This document shows, piece after piece, positions 52,079 through 63,519 of a stretch of DNA of 64,000 nucleotides. Positions within the stretch are counted from its first letter, which is position 1; the number at the start of each line of letters is the position of its first letter. The stretch comes from Eledone cirrhosa. Lineage: Eukaryota. The notes beneath the pieces were generated by a model. It did not search any database. It was not told the origin of the DNA and was given only the letters and a program-made list of their open reading frames with translations. The position numbers and the translations under genes were made by a program. Where the stretch lies: the NCBI GenBank assembly GCA_964016885.1, contig OZ024751.1, positions 7,750,001 through 7,814,000 on the forward strand, written 5' to 3'.

Positions 52079-53855
52079 TTGCATTTATCTTGCTTTATGT
52101 TCATACGAGTTATCACCAAGTCACAACCAGTGACCTCAAGAGACAACAAGGTCCGCCATGTTCAAGAAAGAACATACATACTCACACATGCATCTTTAGT
52201 GTTTAGACTTGTGATGTACTTATATTGACAGAATCTTCCTTAGTATATGGGCAGTTCCCATTAGTACTATCTTTTGTATTTCTCCTATACGCGGGTTACC
52301 TGGGATTTGCGATAAGTAATCATTAGACCCCTTAGGTATCATTCCCAGAGCGCCTACAACCTCTGGTATTGTTTTAGTTCTCAATTTCCACATATTTTCA
52401 ATTACTACCTCCAGGTCCTTATACTTGCTCAATTTTTCAAATGTTTTTATAGATACATTCTTGTCTATTGGAACAGACATATCAATTAGCAGGCATACCC
52501 TCTTTTTAAAGTCCTTCAATATTATATCAGGTCTATTTGCATCTATTTTTCGGTCTGTTTGGATGCTAAAGTTCCACAAGATTGAGATGTGATCTTTTTC
52601 AAGTATGCGAGGTGGTTGATGCTCCCACCAATTCTTTTGATGGGGCAGGTCAAAATGCTTACACATTATCCAATGTATGTATTGTGCAGCTCTGTCATGC
52701 CTGTTTAGGTATTCGGTTGGAGCTATAGGACTGCACATTGAAATTATATGGTCAATGGTCTCTGGTTGTTTTCTTGCATACACGGCATAATGGGCTGCAT
52801 CCATTTTTTATTATGTTGGCTTGGTAATTTTTTGTTGGTAGACACTGATCTTGTGCTGATATAATCAGTCCTTCAGTCTCCGATTTCAGTCCAGAGGATG
52901 CCAACCACTGATGGGTTAAAGTGTTGTCAACATCAGGATTGTTAGCTCGCTCTGGGTATTTTCTATACAGAGGCTTTTCTTGCCATTTCTTAGCCAGTTT
53001 CTGTAGTAGTTCTTTCTTTGCAGTTACTTTTACCTGCTTTGCTTTTTCTGTGTTTTCCATTTCAGCAGTAAATGGGTCTTCTGAAATTTGTAGTCCATTA
53101 TTGTATCTTTGTGCATCTTTTGTAATGGAATATGATCTTTTGATGCTTTCGTCTTTCAAAACGAGTTTGATCATCCAATCATGTGATTCCCTTAGATATG
53201 TAGATAATCCAATTGTTGCAGTTTTCAACGAAATGTCTAACTGCATTAATCCACGTCCTTCTTCTTTCCTAGGGAGATATATTCTATCTGTATCTGCCTT
53301 AGGGTGATGCATTCTGTGATTGGTTAAGAATTTTCGAATTTGTGAATCGAGCCTACGGATCTCTGTGCTTGACCAGTTGATGACATTGTAACTGGAGGTT
53401 ACTACTGGTACGGCAAGCGTGTTTATGGCATCGATCCTATTCCTTGCATTCAATTCCGTTCTTAAGATTGCTCTTACTCTGCGGTAACATTCCTTCCTTA
53501 TCCTTTCCCTCATTGTCGAGTGCTATTTCCGTCTCCTTCACAAACAGCTAGATATTTGTAAGTTTTTTCTTGATCATGTTCTCTTATCACGTTCCCCCGA
53601 TCAAGATTAATGTCTGAACTCTTCAGCAGCTTTCCTCTGGTGAACGTTGCTTTGGCGAATTTATCTAGTCCAAACTCCATTTTAACGTCATCACTGAACT
53701 GCTCCACAGTGGATAATAGCCCTTGCAATTGTTAATCATTTTTTGCAAATAGTTTCAGGTCATCCATGTAGAACAAGTGATTAATGGTTTTGTCATAGAC
53801 TTTATATCCTTGTTTTGTTTCATTGAGCATTTTACTTAATGGTATAAGTGCGATG
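52079..53855 (-). mobile_element. 5'-truncated R4/Dong element, family A, frameshifted
   Basis: Collinear with 4470-6246; ORF pieces 52220-52804, 52752-53513 and 53510-53728; (ATT)n on both sides. Confidence 0.95.
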
Positions 53856-54091
53856 GTATTATTATTATTATTATTGAATGCCATGGTTGACGGAGGCTCG
53901 GCTCTGTAAGGTATAGTAATTTTTAACCGTTAAAACAATTGTAAATTGTTTAAAACTTGAACCAAATTGTTTATAAAGACACCCTCCTCCTCGTGAGAGG
54001 GGTCTTTCTGTCCGTTATTTGGCCCTTCGGGGTTAAATAACCACTTATTGGGGTTTTGTACCCAAAATTTCATTTTAAACAAAAAAACAAC

Positions 54092-56188
54092 ATGGCTACG
54101 AAAAAGAAATTTCATACGTCACTCCCACTCATTCCGTCTTCTTCTTCCTCAATCATCACTACAGCAGAGAGAAGATTGTCTCTCTCCCTCCCTTCTTTAA
54201 ATGTGTCTCTCTCCCTCCCTTCTCTTTCGCAAGCAACGAAAGAAAAGAAAAGTCTCGTGCAAAGCGTGCAAGGTTTCTCCACGACGACGACGACAGCGAC
54301 GAAACAGGTGTGCGGGAAATACGAAAACCCAGTTCATTCGTCTGACGTCAGCAATAATAGCAGTAGCAGCCGTAATAACAACAGCAACAGTGACAATGAA
54401 AACAACAGTAGCAGCCGCAACAGCATCACCAGCAACATAAACAACAACAGCATTAGCAGCAGCAACACCAACAACAACCACAGCAACAGCGGCGGAGGCA
54501 GTAGTCGTAGTACCTGCAGCAACAACAAAAGTACCAGTGGCTCTGACGACAACAACAACAGCAGAGAAAAACCAATCTCATTTGCAGGTATTGCGAAAAA
54601 CTTGGAAACAATCCTCATAACAAATGAGGAATTAGAGGAAGCGAAGAAGATGGTGACAAAGAACGGACACCGAGCAATCTGCAAGGCAGCGGAAAAGTTT
54701 TTCGAGACCCAAGAGCACTGTACGGTCACGTACCGTACAGTAAGTACAAAATCCCGTAGGGTGGAAAGAGCCACGGAGGCCCAAATACAAAAAGCCTTGG
54801 GGTCTGTGTGGCAGCGGAAAACGCACATCACCCGAGGCAAAAAATATGCCACCGTAGACGTACTTTTTGCCACACCCCAGGAGGCAAAGGCCCAATCAGT
54901 AGTGACCCTAAGGAGCGAGGAAATGGTGTTGGTGCCCTCCTACTGCGGGCAAAAAATTGTGAGGGTCAAACTGACCCACGCCCCCCCCGGAATGACCCCT
55001 TCTTGGCTGGCCGCGTCTGTCCTCGTCGGAATCGAGGACAAAACAACTGTACTGCAAGTACAGAAAAAAGTAAGAGAAGATTGGGTCGGCTCCTCCATTG
55101 AGATGCTAATCCAAACCAACCAGGAGTGCATCGAAGCTATCCCGGATGTGATAGACTTCGATAACGGCACTCAACTGCCCATAAGTGTTGAGGGCAAACG
55201 CCCGAAATGCTTTCGCTGTGGATCGAAGACTCACCTCAGGGCCTTCTGCAACGAGAAGACCCTGAGAAAGGAGAAAACCCCCCTCCTTCCGAATCCGGCT
55301 CCACGGCTACCAGCAACAGGACAAGCGGCAACCAGGAACGATAGGTCCGTGGCACCCATACCCACTCCACGGAAATCAAAGACAGCAGCAGCAGTGGAAA
55401 TATTAACAACAACAACAGCAATACCAAATGCAGCTGCAACAGAGACTCCAGTGCAAACATCACCAACAACAACAAGTGAAAGAGTGGAGCTGGTACCCCT
55501 CCCCGACCTTACAGAATCAGACATGGAGTGTGAGGTGGGAGAGGGATGGCAAAAGGTCGCAAGAAGGCACAAACGCAGAAGCAGCGCATCGTCGCCTTTG
55601 AAAAGGGAGGAAAGAAATGAGAAAAGGGTAAAGTCTACTGCAAAGAGACCCACAGCAGCAACACCACCAACACCATCAAAACCCACACCAGCACCACCAT
55701 CACCACCGGCGACAACCCCACCGCCAACAACACCTTCAACACCACCACCACAAGCACCAACATCGCAAACACAACAACAAAACACACACACCCAGCAACA
55801 ACGACAAGAAAATAGCAGAACCACACCCCACCCCCAGAAAAACAAATGCACGGCAATAAACACACACAACAAGAAACTAATGACTTACATAATTGAACAC
55901 ACAGACATTTCACAACAGGACTACATAATACCAGCACCAATCAAAACGCCAACTAACATAAGACTGCTAAAAATAGCACAGAAACAATACACAAACACTA
56001 AAACGAAATTCCCCAACGCAGTTGGTGATTTCAGGGACCTAGGAGGAACCATCAATCGAAGAGTATATTCAGACATTCTCTTAGAAGAGCCGACGACCAG
56101 CCGAAGGGACGATTCAACGGTCCCTTCACCAGACGATCAAGTGAAAAGGGATGTAAAAACCATCCCTCCTCTACCAAAAGTACGGTAA
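54092..56188 (+). CDS. Tx1 ORF1, gag-like nucleic-acid-binding protein (698 aa)
   Basis: The first ATG is at 54092 (AACATGG); the track start at 54056 is TTG. It has a CCHC knuckle CFRCGSKTHLRAFC plus Ser/Asn-rich and Pro/Thr-rich low-complexity segments. Confidence 0.88.
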   Translation: MATKKKFHTSLPLIPSSSSSIITTAERRLSLSLPSLNVSLSLPSLSQATKEKKSLVQSVQGFSTTTTTATKQVCGKYENPVHSSDVSNNSSSSRNNNSNSDNENNSSSRNSITSNINNNSISSSNTNNNHSNSGGGSSRSTCSNNKSTSGSDDNNNSREKPISFAGIAKNLETILITNEELEEAKKMVTKNGHRAICKAAEKFFETQEHCTVTYRTVSTKSRRVERATEAQIQKALGSVWQRKTHITRGKKYATVDVLFATPQEAKAQSVVTLRSEEMVLVPSYCGQKIVRVKLTHAPPGMTPSWLAASVLVGIEDKTTVLQVQKKVREDWVGSSIEMLIQTNQECIEAIPDVIDFDNGTQLPISVEGKRPKCFRCGSKTHLRAFCNEKTLRKEKTPLLPNPAPRLPATGQAATRNDRSVAPIPTPRKSKTAAAVEILTTTTAIPNAAATETPVQTSPTTTSERVELVPLPDLTESDMECEVGEGWQKVARRHKRRSSASSPLKREERNEKRVKSTAKRPTAATPPTPSKPTPAPPSPPATTPPPTTPSTPPPQAPTSQTQQQNTHTQQQRQENSRTTPHPQKNKCTAINTHNKKLMTYIIEHTDISQQDYIIPAPIKTPTNIRLLKIAQKQYTNTKTKFPNAVGDFRDLGGTINRRVYSDILLEEPTTSRRDDSTVPSPDDQVKRDVKTIPPLPKVR

Positions 56189-56223
56189 GTGGTCTTTCCC
56201 ATCTTTTCCACTCTATTTTAAAC

Positions 56224-59200
56224 ATGACCTCACTCAGAATAGGCAGCATAAATGCGCGTGGCTTGGGGTCGTCATGGAAGCAGTGTCACCTGCTCAACGA
56301 CCTCAGGTCACTAAACATAGATGTAGTGGCCATCAGCGAGACCAGAATCTCCGAAGCACGGGCCTTCGCACCGATCTTCGGCGGCTACGATGTGTACGCA
56401 TCTCCCAGCCGTCCTGGATCGGGTGGAGGAGTTGCTGTGCTTTTTCGGAGAGGTTTGGATCTCGCCATACGGGCCATCTTCCTGGACCCAGAGGGTAAGC
56501 TGGTGGTGCTGGACGTGGCCAGCGGAGACGGGCAAGCTTTCAGGCTAGTGGCCGTCTATGCCCCGACAGGAGCAGGGCGGCCTGATTTCTTCCGGCGTCT
56601 GGAGACCTTTCTTGGAACGTCCCGCTCTTTAGTGGGCCACTGGAACGGGATCTTAGATGCACGCTGGGACTGTGTGGGATTAGCGGATAGGGGTGGAGGG
56701 TGCAAGAGCCTCACCAACCTGCTCAGGCGTTTTGAACTGTCTGACAGGTACCGATTGGATTTCCCGAATGTGCCAATGTGGACTTGGACAAACCGCATAG
56801 GGTCATCCAGATCATATCTAGATAGAGTATTTTGTAGGGAAATAGATAGGTCTAGCATAGGCTGTCCACAATTCAAGATAGTCAGCTACACGGACCACAA
56901 ATTCGTGATCTGTGTGCTTGACTTAGATAGGCTTCATAGACGAGGACCCGGCTACTGGAAGCTAAACGCGTCCTTACCAGCGCGCAAGGCCTACAGAGAC
57001 CGGATTAGCGAACTAGTTAAGCGGGCGTTAACGGGGGCCATCGTCAACAACAAGTGGTGGTTTGCTCTGAAAAGAGCGATTAGAATAGAATCGATTAGGT
57101 TTAGTAAGGCTTTAGCAATAGAGAAAAATAGAGCAGAGGGAGAACTAGTTAGAAAATTAGACGAGGCGCTTAGCAAAGGCATTGCGACCGACGTGCTTGC
57201 GGCGAAATTGGCCCTTGAACAATTCTTCAATGCAAAGCACGAAGGCTGCGTTGTCAGAGCAAGGGTGCGTGCTCTCAGACACGAGGGGTCGAAAGCCGTT
57301 CAATGGGCCCGAGTGGCGGAGGCGCGTCGTGGCAACAAAGCCACGATCCCGTCTTTGGTGGACCACGACGGGCGCATGCTACTCGATCCCGGGAAAATGT
57401 GTGAAGCTTTTCAGCGACACTTCGCTCAGCTTTTCGGGGGCAGCGGTGGGCCGGGTAGAGGGATGAACTTTAGTGTCTACCTCGACGGACTGCCGCGGCT
57501 CTCGGCCACTGAGGCGAGGGGTTGCGAAAAGCCGATAACAGCCGCTGAAGTAAGGGAGGCAATGACTGGCTGCACAAGGGGTAAATCGCCTGGTTTGGAT
57601 GGTCTGCCCTATGAACTTTACGTACAGATGCCAGACTTGTTCGGAGGCCTCTTGGCGGACGTCTACTGCAACTGGCAACAGAACGGGAGAATTCCCAGTT
57701 CTGTGAGCCGAGGAGCGGTGGCACTGCTGAGAAAGGATCCGAACAATTTCCGGCCATAACTCTGCTAAACACAGAGTTCAAGATTTTGGCCAAGGTGCTA
57801 GCAAAGAGGTTGGCGCTTGTCGTTGGTGGTCTGGTGGGAGAGGCGCAGACATGCGCCATTCCTGACAGATCCATCCACGACAACCTCCACCTCATGCGAT
57901 ACATCATAGAGAGGGTAGCTAAGGAACCTGGCACGGGTGGGTCCTTGATCAATTTAGATCAGTCGAAAGCTTTCGATAGGGTCGACCATCGTTACCTAGC
58001 GGCAGTCCTGAGGGCGGCTGGCTTTGGGCCCGTCTTCAGAGGCTGGATCGCTGCCATGCACAGCGACATCTGCTCTGTGGTGAGAGTGAACGGTCACCTG
58101 TCGGAACCGTTCAACATCATGCGCTAGTCCGCCAAGGATGTCCCCTCTCGTCCCTCTTGTACGTATTGACTCTCGAGCCATTACTGCACAAACTGGAGAC
58201 GTTGAGGGGAGTCCCGCGCGAACTAGGATGCGGAAGATCCGTGTCAGCATATGCGGACGATGTCACCGTAGTGGTGTCGAACGCCAAACACATCGAGGCG
58301 ATCGGCACTACACTAAGAGAATACGAAGCGGTGGCAGGAACAATGATCAACCAGGAAAAGTCAGTGGGCCTGCAGCTCGGCACCTGGAGAGGCAGGTCCA
58401 TGCCGTCCAACAGCGTCGTCGGACGCTGGACGGACGGACCGGTTAAATTGCTAGGGGTCTGGTTCGGTCCGGACCTCCAGACGGACAAAAACTGGGACGA
58501 GGTGACGAGCAGGGTGGCTTCTCTCACCCAGAAATGGGCGGAGAGGAAGCTATCCCTGAAAGGTCGAGCGGAGGTGGCTAACGCGTACATCGCGTCTGTC
58601 ATCTGCTACCGCCTGACCATTCGTACCTTGTCCTAAGCCTCGCCTGACTGCGCTGGAGCGTTTGCTCTTTCGCTTTTTGTGGAAGGGACGTGCTCCGATG
58701 GTCAGGCGGTACATCTGTTGTCAACACCCGCTACGTGGAGGGCTGGGCATGCCGTGGCTGATGATGCGCAGGCACGCGCTCAGGCTACGACATCTCCACC
58801 TCTTCCTCGACGGTGATCAGGTGTGGTCGCCGTTTGCTAGACGCGTATTTCCCCAGCTCGTTTCCTTGACGGAGCTGCAGTCCTGGGTCAAGCGAAGACC
58901 GAGAGGGAGCGCCTGGAGACTGGAATGTCTTCAGGCGTTTACAGCCCTCGACCAATCGGGCAATGTGATCGGTGGAAACTCCACCTCGGCGTTCTATAGA
59001 GGATTAGTGGAGGGGAAGAGCGACGACGTACTTGGGGAAACTCTAGGCGTCGACGAAAATCAACTAGCCAATCTCTTCCGAAGAACTTTCGGGCCAGGGC
59101 CTATGGACAACTTCCAGAAATCTCTGGCCTGGCAGTGCTACCGAGGAGCCTTGCCAGTTCGGGATAAACTCTACAGGCATGGAGGTGCCGTCAGCCGGGC

Positions 59201-59616
59201 ATATCCGAGATGCGCGCAGGGCGACGAAACCGTCCTGCACGCACTCGTCCAGTGTCCGAAAATTGCTGACCTGGGTTTATGTCGAACACCTGCTGTCGCG
59301 TTTAGGACGGATCCGGCTATCATCTGAGTCCATCGTGAGGATTGCCCTGCCCTCCTTCTTTAGCCGGGAAGGGCAGGCAGTTTTTATCTGTCTGGTGGCC
59401 ATGGCGAAAGAGATAGTATGGTGGACACGTTTGAAAGGGCTGAAGACGAGCACTTACCACTTCGGTGATGCTCTGATTGACTTTTTCAAATTTCATTTGA
59501 AAAGGAAAATCAGAGTAGAGAGGGAAGTGCTCTCTTCCCAGCATTTTGTTGAAAGATGGGTGAGAGAAGCAAGAATGGCCCGAGTGAATGGGCCTACTCT
59601 GAGCATATATCTGTAA
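56224..59616 (+). pseudogene. Tx1 ORF2 (APE endonuclease, RT, zinc finger), disrupted
   Basis: Motifs SINARGL, ISET, AVYAP, SYLDR, TDH (APE) and KSPGLDGLP, DQSKAFDRV, YADD (RT). Frameshifts lie near 57756, 58125, 58620 and 59270. The APE GDWN motif reads GHWN. Confidence 0.9.
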
Positions 59617-59875
59617 ATTAAAGGTGGAAAACTGGGAGAGGGCACTTGCCTTGGTGGTCAGGGTCATTGTGGCTTTTTACTGGGCTTTCTCCACAAATGT
59701 CCCTCCGAAGACTCCCCCGTATTGGGGAATTTTTCATTGTTATTTTCATTGTTATTCTTGTTACATCCTCTGTTTTTGTTTTTTACAAGCAGAAATGCCC
59801 ATTTGTACCGTCCTGCATTGTCCTGCACTGTCCTTAATGTCTACTTTATGTAAACCCTTGTGGTTAATAAAGAAA

Positions 59876-59928
<53 letters not shown>

Positions 59929-60185
59929 TATATGTATGTATTGTGTCCCCTTAAAATGTATACACACTTTTTTTTGAATGCTGATGAAGTGTGTATATAT
60001 ATTCGTGGGTACACTCTTTATATATATATATATATCCATCACCACCAAAGAAGTCAAAGGAGCCATTTATTACAGAGTCGGGTTAGATCGATACAGATCG
60101 ACCTTTGAGCTGATCAATAACGAAACGCGCCTTACCAATCAATAAACGTAATGAAGGAGTAACCACTCGTCCTTCATTTATTTTA

Positions 60186-60325
<140 letters not shown>

Positions 60326-60382
60326 TAGCGGCGATGAATTAGTTTTGCGAGGTTTTTTATATGAAATCGTGTGTCGAAACAA

Positions 60383-60674
60383 ATATTGTTATACTTGGGG
60401 AGGGTCATATTTGTGTAATATTGCCAGAATTAATAACAGAACACACTCACTGCTTGGTTGGTTTTCGCTTCTCGCTGTCTTTTATATCGGTATTATTTTG
60501 TATCTGTATTATTTTTTAACCGTTGGTCAGTCAATGGCAACATTGACGACCGAGTAAGTTAGATTACCGATATAAAAGTCAGCGAGAAGTGAAAACCAAC
60601 CAAACAGTGAGTGTGTTCTGTTATTAGTTCTGGCAATATTACACAAATATGACCCTCCCCAAGTATAACAATAT
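60383..60674. repeat. About 290-bp foldback with GCAA-capped apex
   Basis: 60383-60492 is nearly the reverse complement of 60565-60674; inner stem GGTC-A-GTCAATG/GCAA/CATTGAC-GACC at 60525-60551. Confidence 0.9.
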
Positions 60675-60690
60675 ATATATATATACATAA

Positions 60691-60773
<83 letters not shown>

Positions 60774-60783
60774 AATATAAATA

Positions 60784-60830
<47 letters not shown>

Positions 60831-60921
60831 CTTGAATAAACATGTTATTTTTACGTAAATACATTTTTTCCCATCACAATTTTCCCGTCCAATCATTCTA
60901 TCTTATTTCTCATTCTTTTTT

Positions 60922-60950
60922 CTGATGCAGGACTAGCGTCCGAAACGTTA
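60922..60950 (+). ncRNA. Degenerate minimal hammerhead motif (Penelope pLTR-type)
   Basis: CTGATG-CA-GGAC-tagc-GTCC-GAAACGTTA: stem II and palindromic AACGTT are intact, the core has C at position 9, and stem I is poor. Confidence 0.5.
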
Positions 60951-61113
60951 ATACTCTCTTTCCTGATATATCAAGCGTTAACCTAATATATCCTTTCCAT
61001 ATACTGTACCGATCGTTTTGCTATTGCTGTTTAACTTTTACATACATGTAAACTGAATTTAAAACGATAATTTCTTGTTTTTGGATATGTCACAATCTGT
61101 AAAACAACTTTTG

Positions 61114-61174
61114 TATTTTATCTGATGGGGGCGTACCAAAATGATGGTATTCTTGAAATATATATAATAAAATA
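61114..61174 (+). ncRNA. Minimal type I hammerhead ribozyme motif, A9G variant
   Basis: Stem I TATTTTAT/ATAAAATA; CTGATGG; stem II GGGCGTACCA/TGGTATTCTT (G-U rich, one mismatch); GAAA-TATATA-TA. Confidence 0.6.
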
Positions 61175-61304
61175 AATCTGGTTTTATAAAGATAGTTTCC
61201 ATTTATTAATATGATTGATATTATAGTCCAGAAGAATCTTGTAGTGTGCTTTGAATCCGTTAAAATAAATATGTTGAATAACCAAAAAATTAAATAAATC
61301 TTTG

Positions 61305-61358
<54 letters not shown>

Positions 61359-62820
61359 GATATCTACGGTAGAATAAATCCCTGAAAACAATAATACATT
61401 GAAAGGAAAACAGAGTCATGGTATAAGTTAAATCAATGAAATAAAAAATGATATTTTTAACAGCTTTAGAAAAACCTCTCGAGTTCATATATATTTTAAC
61501 TTTAATTATATCTCATAAAATAATACAACTGGCTTTCCACATAATACATATAGTTAGCACCCCAAACACTTAAATTGGGTTTATACTAACATATAACCTA
61601 ATGTTTGTTGAGTGAGATGGTTACCAGTCAGAGTTTAGCTTTATGCTATCTCTGTTATTGTATTAAATTATATATATATATATATATATATTTATACAAA
61701 TATAAATTAGCGAGATTCGTATTTCGGTTTTGGAAATTAGCGAAAAACAACTTCCGAGATGTGTGGCAAGCGCTCAATAATTCTAACGAACCAGAGCTAC
61801 ATATATATATATATATCGATATGTTTTTCTAAAGCTGTTAAAAATATCATTGTTATATTTCCCGTATAAGACGAACATTCTTATATTTTATAATAGCAAA
61901 CGCTCTCACGTCTATCAAGCATCAATGCTGTAGTCAATTTTATTATAACTTACGTAAAATTATAGTATTCTAACTTACTCCACAGATATAATAGATGATT
62001 ATATGCGTATATAAAGAGAAAACAATTACATTTGAATTGAATAAGTGTTGTGATATTGCGGAATATATTACCAGTGTTGGATGGAACAAACGCATTGTCA
62101 GTATAGCAGGCGCAGTTATATTAAATAATCGATTATTAATACTGAAGCCAAAGTTATTGAATATGACTATGTGACTTCTACATCTGGATTATATTCATTA
62201 TATTAAGATGACATAATGTAAGACAATTAATGTGTTGCTAATTACCCAAGAGCTATTAGACGTAGTCATTTTTCAACACCAGACTGTCTTATATATATTC
62301 CTTTTATAATTATTGTAAGAATATATAAATGGATATAATTACGCAGCATTTCATTTAAAATCGATTAATATGTATATTAATCAAACCCTCTCTCTATCTC
62401 TCCGCAAACACGCACGCACACGCATATTATAACACAAACGCACACACGTGCATGCACACACAGACACACACACATATATATATATGTGTGTGTGTATACG
62501 TATGTATGTATTTAAACGACGACGTTTCGTTAACATGTAGATTTTAAACATTTAGATTTTTAGTGTGTATTGATATGTTAAGCACGTTTCGCATATGATT
62601 AGCTCAGTGTCACCCATAGAAGCCTTGGACCCGACTCCATTATCTATCTGCTCTTCATGTTTTTATTAATATATACATTCTGCCTGTGCATAGATTGCTT
62701 GATTTTGTACCTCCACCATTAATTCACTGAATCACACAGAGTGTGTATATATATATAAGCTTCCAACAGAAATGGTCGCATTCTTTAAGGGTATGTCAAT
62801 ATTTATTTATAAAACTGCTC

Positions 62821-62898
62821 TATATTATATTTTATCTGATGAAAGCACACCATAATTTAACTTGGTGTCCTTGAAATATGTATAATGAAATAAATATG
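62821..62898 (+). ncRNA. Minimal type I hammerhead ribozyme motif, canonical core
   Basis: CTGATGA at 62836; stem II AAGCACACCA/TGGTGTCCTT (9 of 10 paired); GAAA at 62873; short stem III; AUA cleavage triplet at 62882-62884; 14-bp stem I with one bulge. Confidence 0.72.
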
Positions 62899-63049
62899 GT
62901 TTTATAAATATAGTTTCCATTTGTTAATATATCGTATTTTTACTCCAATAATTTGTTGAGTGTTTTTGGAAATAAAGATAATATGAAAATCGTATGGTGC
63001 TTGTCTTTCATTTTATTGGCGAGACTGGAAAATAGCAATGATCATCACC

Positions 63050-63300
63050 GTGTACCGTACATTTTCAACGTTAGCATGGGTTAGACGTGTTATCCTGTTA
63101 TGAGATTACCTAGGTTAGGTTGCGCTCATATAGAACTGATTTCGGCTAGGTTTCTATATCTGGATGCCCTTCCTGACACCAAACATTTTTACAGTGAGTG
63201 CCAGCTGCTTTTTGTCGTGATACCTGCAGGACTTTCACAGGGTTGCCTGAGTGCTTTACTCGTGACACCTACACGACCACATTAATGTGGGCTAGGCTCT
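63050..63300 (+). repeat. Probable old interspersed repeat
   Basis: Contains GGATGCCCTTCCTGACACCAA, a motif I recall from metazoan non-autonomous retroposons; single copy here. Confidence 0.4.
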
Positions 63301-63519
63301 TTTTTGTCGAGTCACCTATACGATCACTTTACAGTATGAGCTGGGGATTTTTGTGGAAGTGCTATGTGGGGTTTGGGGTGGGTATATAAACGTATGTAAT
63401 GAGCGGATTAGTATGACATGGGAGGTGATTGGAAGGGGGTGGAATGGAAGGTGGTGTATAGTAGATATATGCTTCTGCCTGTGCTCATGGGAAGGCGGGT
63501 TTTCTCATTTACTGTATAA

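Larger units (their letters stand above)
53876..59877 (+). mobile_element. Near-full-length Tx1/L1-clade LINE inserted in (ATT)n
   Basis: 5' UTR of about 215 nt, intact ORF1, disrupted ORF2, 3' UTR with AATAAA at 59866, and (ATT)n on both flanks. Confidence 0.95.

Noticed and set aside
59981-60020. Hammerhead-like CTGATGA with a GTGTA/TACAC stem
   Set aside because: No GAAA follows the stem.
62515-62610. Minus-strand GAAACGTC and CTGAGC...GCGAAACGTG hammerhead fragments
   Set aside because: The CUGANGA core is incomplete and there is no stem I.
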